From Paraspadella gotoi (taxonomy: Eukaryota > Animalia > Chaetognatha): a DNA stretch of 64,000 bases. The translations under genes were made by a program, and so were the position numbers. The number at the start of each line of letters is the position of its first letter. Positions within the stretch are counted from its first letter, which is position 1. The notes under the pieces were generated by a model that was not told where the DNA came from, made no database searches, and saw only the letters and a program-made list of their open reading frames with translations. The stretch is from the NCBI GenBank assembly GCA_051294375.1, contig CM119266.1, positions 7,898,606-7,962,605 on the forward strand. Reading direction: 5' to 3'. Below are positions 56,539-64,000 of the stretch, piece after piece.

Positions 56539-58018
56539 GCGCCAGGTGAAATCGGGTCTCTCAACACGATTTTGAAATTTATTTTTATGAGTTTTAGTTT
56601 TACCAAAAAAAGCAATAAATAACTAGTAATGATTGAAAGAATTCCTAATAAACAATTTAATGCTCAAATATATTTAATTTTACTTAAAAAAAGGGAAAAT
56701 TTGAAAGAGAAAAGGAAAGGTTAAAAGGAAAAAGAGATCAAAAAGAAAGACAAAGGTTAAAGACAAAAGTTAAAGAGAGAAAGTCACGAAATAAGGAGAG
56801 AGCATGAGCTAAGAAATTCCTTTTAAGAAGGAAAAAGAGCAAAAATTCAATCCAGTCTAAAAATTAGTTTGGTTTTCTTCTGGACAAGAAAACCTGAGTT
56901 TAAGAAAAATATTTTTCAGAAGTTGCAGATGGAAGGAAGAAAGGGAGAGGGAGAGAACATTTGAACATTTGAGAGAGAGAGAGAGAGAGCTATCTAACTT
57001 TGAAAAGTATGTGAGAGAGAGAAATTAAAAATGATCTCCAATATTCATTTGTTTCAGGGCAAATCCAATAAACGGAATCATAAAACTGTAATTTTTAAAA
57101 AACTTAATTTTTTTTTCTCATTAAGTTTCGTGCAAATTGACGTTTGCTGTCAGAAAAAGAGAAAAAAAGAATTTGACTTTGAATGGTCAACATGCAATAT
57201 GCAACCCACCCTTTCTGCTGGCTTTAAAAAAAAGTGCCATGCTTTTTATTTTCGCACTTTTGAATCTCAGTTGATTGTGTTTCGGTACTTTTAAAATACA
57301 ATCAAATTACTATTTAGATGATTACTATTGCAACCAATACAAATATTACGAATCGTGTTCCCGGTTTTAATTAAACACAAAATAGTAACCGAAACAGAGC
57401 TTGATTAAGCTTGCCATTTTTATTTCTTTGAGTTAGGTCAAGAAAACCTAGAATTCTTTAAAATTTGTCATTTATGATGGTTTTAAAAAAGTTTAAAAAA
57501 AGAGCCATATTTGTAAATTAATTAATTAATGATATATATGCTCCAGAACGAGGTGCCTATCGGAGGTCTTCACTCGACAGTCATCACCACATATTTATTA
57601 AGTTTATTCCTACAGTTTTTAAAACTCTTCAATCTAAAACATTCGGTGAGAAATTTAATATTTTTCTGCATAAAGAGAAACGAAAACCAGGAAACCAAAA
57701 ACTGCAACCATAACCAAAAAAAAAGAAGCAAACAATTACTTTTGGCTACAAAAAAATGTTAAAAAATTTAAAAAAAACCTTCGGTCTCCATTTCTTCTAA
57801 CTTTTTTCCGATCAAGCGTAGCGTGACAGAACGTAACGCAGCGCAGCGAGGCGATGCGCAGCGGAGAAAAGGAAAAGAAATAGGGAGGACAGATAAAGGG
57901 GTCCGGCGGAGAGGGAAAAAGAGCAGGGACAAAGTCAGAGGGGGATAGGAGCTCCTGTAAGTCGTCACGCCTGCTTCTATAGAGCTTTGGCGGGCTTCAA
58001 ACCCGATCCCATTCCTAT

Positions 58019-59067
58019 GGGTCATTTACAGCGCGATTATTTAAGACTCATTCAAAAAGTCTCGAACTATTGTTCAATTTGTTCATTTTCCAGGCTACGC
58101 CATTTTTATTTGACTTTCCAAGCCACGTTTTATCAATGTTCATTTTCCAAGCTTATTCTCCTTTGCTACGTTCTACAGCCCACCTGACACGCCTCGCTTG
58201 CCGCACTCTCCCGCATCTTTGCCACACCCCTTCCCCTTTTTGAAGTCACCCACCTAGATCAGGGTCTTCACTTTTTAAGGTCATCGTCGATTTTTCCTCA
58301 TCCAAAAAGTTATTTTTTCCTTCCTCCATTTTTCCCTTGCTCCGTTTTTTCCCCGTTTTTTTTTCATCATTCTTTTTGGTTTTTGTCGTGTTTTCTTTGT
58401 GTTTCTCTGGCTCTCTCGTGTTTTAATGTCGTGTTTTATCTCATATTTTATGACTTTACTCATGTTTAACATGATGTTACAAAAATTTTTTTTATCGATT
58501 TTCAAGGTTTTTTTTTCATATTTCTTTCCGTCTTGTCTTTTGGCGGGTCGCCTCATCTTTCCCTTTCCTTTCCTTTCCTCCCCTTTCCTCCCTTCTTTCT
58601 GCGCCTCGACTTTTTTATGGGTCAAAGCCGAAACACCATGCACCATGAGCCATTTGAGTCAAGCACCATAGGAAGAAGGAGAGACATTTTTTTCCGATTG
58701 ACCTTCCGTATTCAATCGAACCCCTTTTGCGGGTGACCGGGTGACCCCTTCCAATTTTCCTCCGCTAATAACTTGGATGTCTGACCTCTGGACCCCATGA
58801 CCCTCTGACCCTTTGATGAGAGACCTCATTCACCGGGAATCGTTTTCCATCTTCACATTTTCTTCCATTTCGTCTTTTCGCGTCACATCGTCACAGTCGC
58901 AGTGATATCCGAGGCCGTCGCCAATCTCAAAAAGGTCACCTGACTCGCTCTCATCTTTTTTTTTTTTTTTTGCCCCCTGGTCCCTCTCTTTTATCGGGTC
59001 CCTGTCTCTATATCTTTCTTCCGGGTCATTCTTTTGAAGACGACCATGTCGACCTACCCCATAAAGG

Positions 59068-59124
<57 letters not shown>

Positions 59125-59380
59125 CTATTTAAATCAGAAAACCTAATGGAATTAAATTGACTTATTGTTATTGTTATTAATTTCTATAGGGACCGGAAAA
59201 AAAATTGAAAAAAATAAAAAAAATTGTACAATTTCGGGGGGTAAGTAAATCAAACAAAAAGTAAAGAGTTGGAAAAACGGAATAAAGTTGTCCAGAAAAG
59301 AGACAGGTAAATTGACACACTGCCAAACTCACTAAGATGCAGACAAGACTCACGGCTTTAAAAAAATTATTCAATGACCT
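58019..59380. promoter_or_regulatory. Putative nuclear-receptor-responsive enhancer
   Basis: 12 perfect RGGTCA/TGACCY hexamers in 1.4 kb, including a DR2 chain at 58782-58811. Confidence 0.45.
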
Positions 59381-60583
59381 TTAACGCGGAAACGGAAGAG
59401 AAAAAAGTTTGATAATCTCGGCTAATTCCGAATAATCGAATAATTTTAGGTAACATGAAGATAAAACTTCGATTATATAGTACTTAGATTATGTACCCCT
59501 GTGGCCCTCTTAAGTTTTATAATAGTTACTTTTATATTTATAGATGTATTATATATTTATCATTATAACTTTTGGTTAATATTACATGAATCCCGAACTA
59601 AACGTGTTATTTCCTCGAGATAAAAAAAAAGTACAAAAATGAACAAGAGAAAAAAAAGGTTCCCGTTGTAAAGACGAGATAATTCTTTTTTCAAGGATTT
59701 TTCTCAGTACAGGAATAAAAGGTTAAAGAGGAAAGAGAAGAAGAGGCAAGGTTGCAAAGGGAAAAAGGTTTTGTTATTAAAATTACCGCGTCGTTATTTT
59801 TTATGAGAAAATTGTGAGCGGAAAAAAATGCATCGCGTTCCGCTCAGACGGCATCAATCACGGCATTACCCTATCGTTAACCATATTCTTCCTTTGAAAG
59901 TAATACATCATTCACAGTATTACAGCATTCCTCTCGGCTCGATCCTTCTCATCTTTAGAGACGACATTCATTGCGGCTTAACCTCAGAACCGCCCACTTT
60001 TTCAAAAAGATCAAACACGGATTCTTTGCCGGCGGAAAACAACTTGAAGAGAACGAACCAGTGGCATTGCTTCGTGACGTGTCAATCGGCAATCAATTAT
60101 TTGAAAGTAGCTATAAAACATTATTTATTTATAGTAATACATTAAAAATCGTTAAAAAACGAAATACTGGGGTGGGGACATATGTAGACAAAATTTTTAA
60201 AAAATCATTACTCTAAAACTCTTAATGATTTTTAAAATCTGAATAAATATTCAAATAATACTCTCTCTTAGCTTTTAAACGATATATAAATTGTTTTGAA
60301 ATTCTTTGATATAATGCTTTCTTTGATGCAGCAAAAGCAACTGCTCGGTTTTTTCCGCGCAGTTTGGAAGAAAAATGTTTGAATACTTATTATTAAATCT
60401 CATTCTAAGATATAACAGATATAGTATAATTATAAATCTACTATGAAATTAAATTCAATAGGGACATAGATTCAAAACTTTAGTCTTGAAGTCTACTTTC
60501 ACGTAAAAAAAGTTTGGTTTTAATGCTTTTATAGTTGCTATCAAAATTACAATATTACTATATAATAATAAAAAAAATTAATC

Positions 60584-60972
60584 CAAGATAGAGGCTCACC
60601 CTATCGCCAGGGCCTTTCTCCCCCCCGGGCCTTCTCTTCCTCCTCTCAACGCCTCCTCCTCCCCTCGTCGTCCCCTCCTCTTCATCTCCGGAGTCACGTA
60701 TAGAGTCTTGGAGATCGGACTCACTCTCTCAACTTCTCTCGGTCTCGGGATCTGCAAACCTTCCCTCTCCCTTCTCTCCCTATTATGTACCCTTGTTCCC
60801 TTTGTTGTTTCCCCAAGTGGGCGTCTCCGACCAAGAGAGGGGCACAAGATAGAGGCTCACCCTATCGCCAGGGCCTTTCTCCCCCCCCGGGCCTTCTCTT
60901 CCTCCTCTCAACGCCTCCTCCTCCCCTCGTCGTCCCCTCCTCTTCATCTCCGGAGTCACGGATAGAGTCTTG
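60584..60972. repeat. 127-bp direct repeat, 261-bp period
   Basis: caagatagaggctcaccctatcgccagggcc...ccggagtcacg(t/g)atagagtcttg at 60584-60710 and 60845-60972. Confidence 0.9.
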
Positions 60973-61151
60973 TTCCCTTTGTTGTAGCTATTTACCTATT
61001 ACCAATATATTCCTTACCCTACTTACCTCTTTTCCCTGATGAGAGACTAGTTAGTACCTACCTTTAGCTAGATACCCATCTTCCCAGTAATCAATCTTAA
61101 ATTTTTTAATGGATTCTAATAGAGCTTAAAAATTTAAATAAAAATACACAC

Positions 61152-61192
<41 letters not shown>

Positions 61193-61359
61193 ACACTACA
61201 ACTTTCAAAAATTATTATGTCAAAATAGGAAAAAATAATAAAATTAACGAAATATGATAATGATGATGATTATTACTACCCTTTTTTTATGTTTTTTACC
61301 TACTTTTGATCACTTTCAATAAATTACATATTCAAACAAATTCACAAATTGAAGAGACA

Positions 61360-61463
61360 GTGATTAAGCGCCCCGTCCCTCTTAACTGCCAGACGACCAC
61401 CGGGATAGAACCTCGGACCTTTGGGTTGGGAGGCGAATGACTTGCCTCCGGCACCAATGGCCG
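61360..61463 (-). mobile_element. tRNA-derived SINE head or tRNA pseudogene
   Basis: The minus strand reads GGCCATTGGTGCCGGAGG (A box) ... GGTCCGAGGTTCTATCCCGG (B box) at tRNA spacing, with an imperfect anticodon arm. Confidence 0.6.
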
Positions 61464-62072
61464 CTGATGAAGGGTTGGTGGATTTTAGTCCACCATAAAA
61501 TTTTATTTAATACCTGACGGACTCAGAAGAATATCCCAAGAATAAAGAATTTACTCTCCTTTTATATACAAGGACAAAATTATAACAGCCAATGAGAGGA
61601 TAGTTCACATTTTAAGAATATAATCAAAACATCTACTAGTTATTATTAACCAATGAGAGACCAGATATTCAAATTCAATATATAAAATTCAATCAATTAG
61701 AGGCTTTAAACAGAATTAATGTAGTTTAGTACGTAGTTTTATGTAGTTTAGTTTTTACCTGTTTACCGTTTTCCGGTCTTTTACATTGTTACTGTTTCTG
61801 ATTATGTTAATGCTGTTTTTGGTTTTGATGAAAAAAAACTGATTTTTTTGTTATTGATAAAAAAGAAAATTATTACGAAAAAAATGGAGTCATTTAATTT
61901 TTTTAATAAAACTTTAATTTTAATTTAATTTAATTTTAATTTAACTTTATTTTTTTAAATAAAACTTTAATTCAATTTTAATTTAACTTTATTTTTTTTA
62001 ATAAAACTTTAATTTTAATTTAATTTAATTTAATTTTTTTTTAATAAAACCTTTTTCAGATATTTGAGCTCT

Positions 62073-64000
62073 TTAACAGAGACTCTTTAGCACTTCTTTA
62101 ATGTTTTCCGCATAAAGCTTTCCATGTGCCTCAGTAACAATATTGTTGGTGAACTGCACCGTCCAATGAAGTTTTCCGCTTAGAGTGATGATGTAATGCT
62201 TGAAGATGGACATGCTTCGTTTTCCTCCCGTTGCAAAGAAAACGGATGAAATTTCGAAGGGCCTCTGCTCATTTGCAATTCCTTTTAATGTAATGAAAAT
62301 ATAGGATTGAACTTAATTTTTTAAAAATGAAAAAAAATTTTAATTTTTAGTCGGATCTGCTTTTCAGCAGTTCCCAACTCTATAATTCTTTGTTGGTCCG
62401 TCGGTCCGCCACCTCAATCTTGTCGGGCATTCACTTTTATCATGTCAGAACATCGAATTATGATAAATTATGCATGTGGGTAGGGAAGTGTGTGATCGAG
62501 CTTGATATGAAGTTTCGATGGAATCGTCCAAGTGGAAATGAGTTTAAATGGAAAAACCAAAAACTATATTTCACTATTTGAACACCAATTGCTCATGAGT
62601 GGATGGGGTGATTTACCTGAAATTTTGTATGTGGGTAGGTAAGTGTGTGATTAAGCTGGAAATCGAGTTTCGATGGAATCAACTGAGTGGAAATGAGTTT
62701 AAATAGAAAAAAACAAAAAACCTGTTTTACTATTTGATTATGCTTCTTTTTTTTATATTAAATGTAAATGCAAGATGTATTAATTAATCAAATAATTAAT
62801 CAGTTAATTAATCAATTAGTCAATTAATTAATCATTAATTAAATAATCAGTTAATAAATTAAGTCAATCGTTATCGGCATTATTCTCATCGTCGTCATTG
62901 ATTTTGTCGTGGTTAGTGACGAAAAGACCTAAAAAACAAACATTTGAGATCAAATTAATTAATTAATTAATTGCCTACTTAATTAATTAATTAATTATTA
63001 ATTAATTAATTCATTACCGATAATGATCGTGAGCAGATCCGACATTGTTTGCTCAAACTTGTTTATTTATATTTATTTTAATAAAGAGATATACTGTGCT
63101 TCGTACAAAAGATTTATTTGTGTTAATTTTTATCTCTAACAAATACATCATGATAATTTTTTTGGTTTTTTTATTGTTTTAACGGATTTCTTACCTTTGG
63201 TAGATGTTTTCTCATTTAAAAACGAACCAAAGTTGCTGATTGTAAAATCCTTGCCAATTTTATTTTGATCAAAATCCTCAAATATTTTAAGGATAGATCG
63301 TTCCCCCATTTTTGGAAAAACACTATATACAAACTGGTTGATGGCTTCTTCCTTTGCCATTGGTAACTTGCTGTTCCCTTTGTGTATCTCTTCGTGAATT
63401 GATCCAGCCAAAGACCAAAAGTTTTTCTCGATAGTGGCAATTGACAAAGTCCGCTGGATGAAGTTTCTGGAGGAATATAATCCAATGTCTGTCGATGGCA
63501 CGGGTGGATTGGCAAATTGCCGAAGACATATGGAATAAGACGTCAGAATAGGAATTGGATCCATAAGTGTCAGCTGCTCATGCGCCAGGTTTGAAAGCAA
63601 TCTAATGTAAGCAAGTATAGCAGCAGCATGCAGTGTTCCGTGAAGTTTGCACCCATGAAGGCGACTTTTTTGCAGAAGGTTGTTCACTTCATCAGCAGTA
63701 AATTCAAGAGGAATGAATTTGATGGTGGCTAATGAATTCTCTGCTACTGTTGGCTTTTGAATCACCCGGTCATATGAGCAAGGAAGCACGGCGAAATTAG
63801 GCTCAGCAGGTAAACCAAATTTTAATTTCAAAAAGATCCAAAATCGTTGAAAGTATGACAAGCCTAATGACAATTTAGTATAAAAAGTAAATATTATTTT
63901 AATTCAATTTTTAATAAAACAATTTTTGATACCTAAATATTTATGACCAAGAAGTTTGGCTAATGAAGGTGGTATTGTAGCGGGTTTTTGCTGCGAAGGA
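62073..64000 (-). CDS. Condensation-domain / alcohol acetyltransferase-like CoA-dependent acyltransferase (3' part; 5' end lies beyond the window)
   Basis: Exons >64000-63933, 63863-63195 and 62281-62073 join by phase-1 GT-AG introns. Motifs LLQKSRLHGCKLHGTLHAA, SICLRQF, IGLY, FWSLA, DFTISNFG and ITLSGKLHWTVQF are typical of the C-terminal lobe of this fold. Confidence 0.8.

Noticed and set aside
59828-60216. Two short overlapping plus-strand ORFs in moderately GC-rich DNA
   Set aside because: No recognisable motif or partner exons; cannot be supported as a gene.
61030-61480. CTGATGA hammerhead cores at ~61036 and ~61464
   Set aside because: No correctly placed stem II plus GAAA follows.

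Overview
AT-rich, microsatellite-dense genomic DNA from an intron-containing eukaryote, most likely an invertebrate animal, with CpG-rich exons. The ORF track is mostly low-complexity noise, so I built gene models by hand from splice sites and reading frame. Seven genes emerge. (1) An uncharacterised His-motif protein (-, 285-2477). (2) A divergent class I PI3K p110 catalytic subunit (-, 14 exons, 3402-10296). (3) Head-to-head with it, a myosin essential light chain that seems to lack its EF-hand 1/2 exon (+, 10832-12973). (4) A long head-rod-tail coiled-coil protein with two paralogous NPWPDVYF exons (-, 14149 to about 25886). (5) A ~1474-aa protein combining a Death-fold-like segment, three RHIM/cRHIM-like motifs, a 13x12-aa repeat and ~10 TM helices in tandem MS4A/CD20-like modules (+, 29298-35628); this is the best candidate for a new system. 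(6) A type II membrane C-type-lectin-domain receptor (-, 43057-52427). (7) The 3' part of a condensation/alcohol-acetyltransferase-like gene (-, 62073 to beyond 64000). Non-coding features include a hAT-type and a TA-TSD MITE, a tRNA-derived SINE, two tandem arrays that amplify exon/intron junctions, clusters of nuclear-receptor half-sites and two hairpin-rich intronic islands. Family assignments come from motif recognition only; no searches were run.
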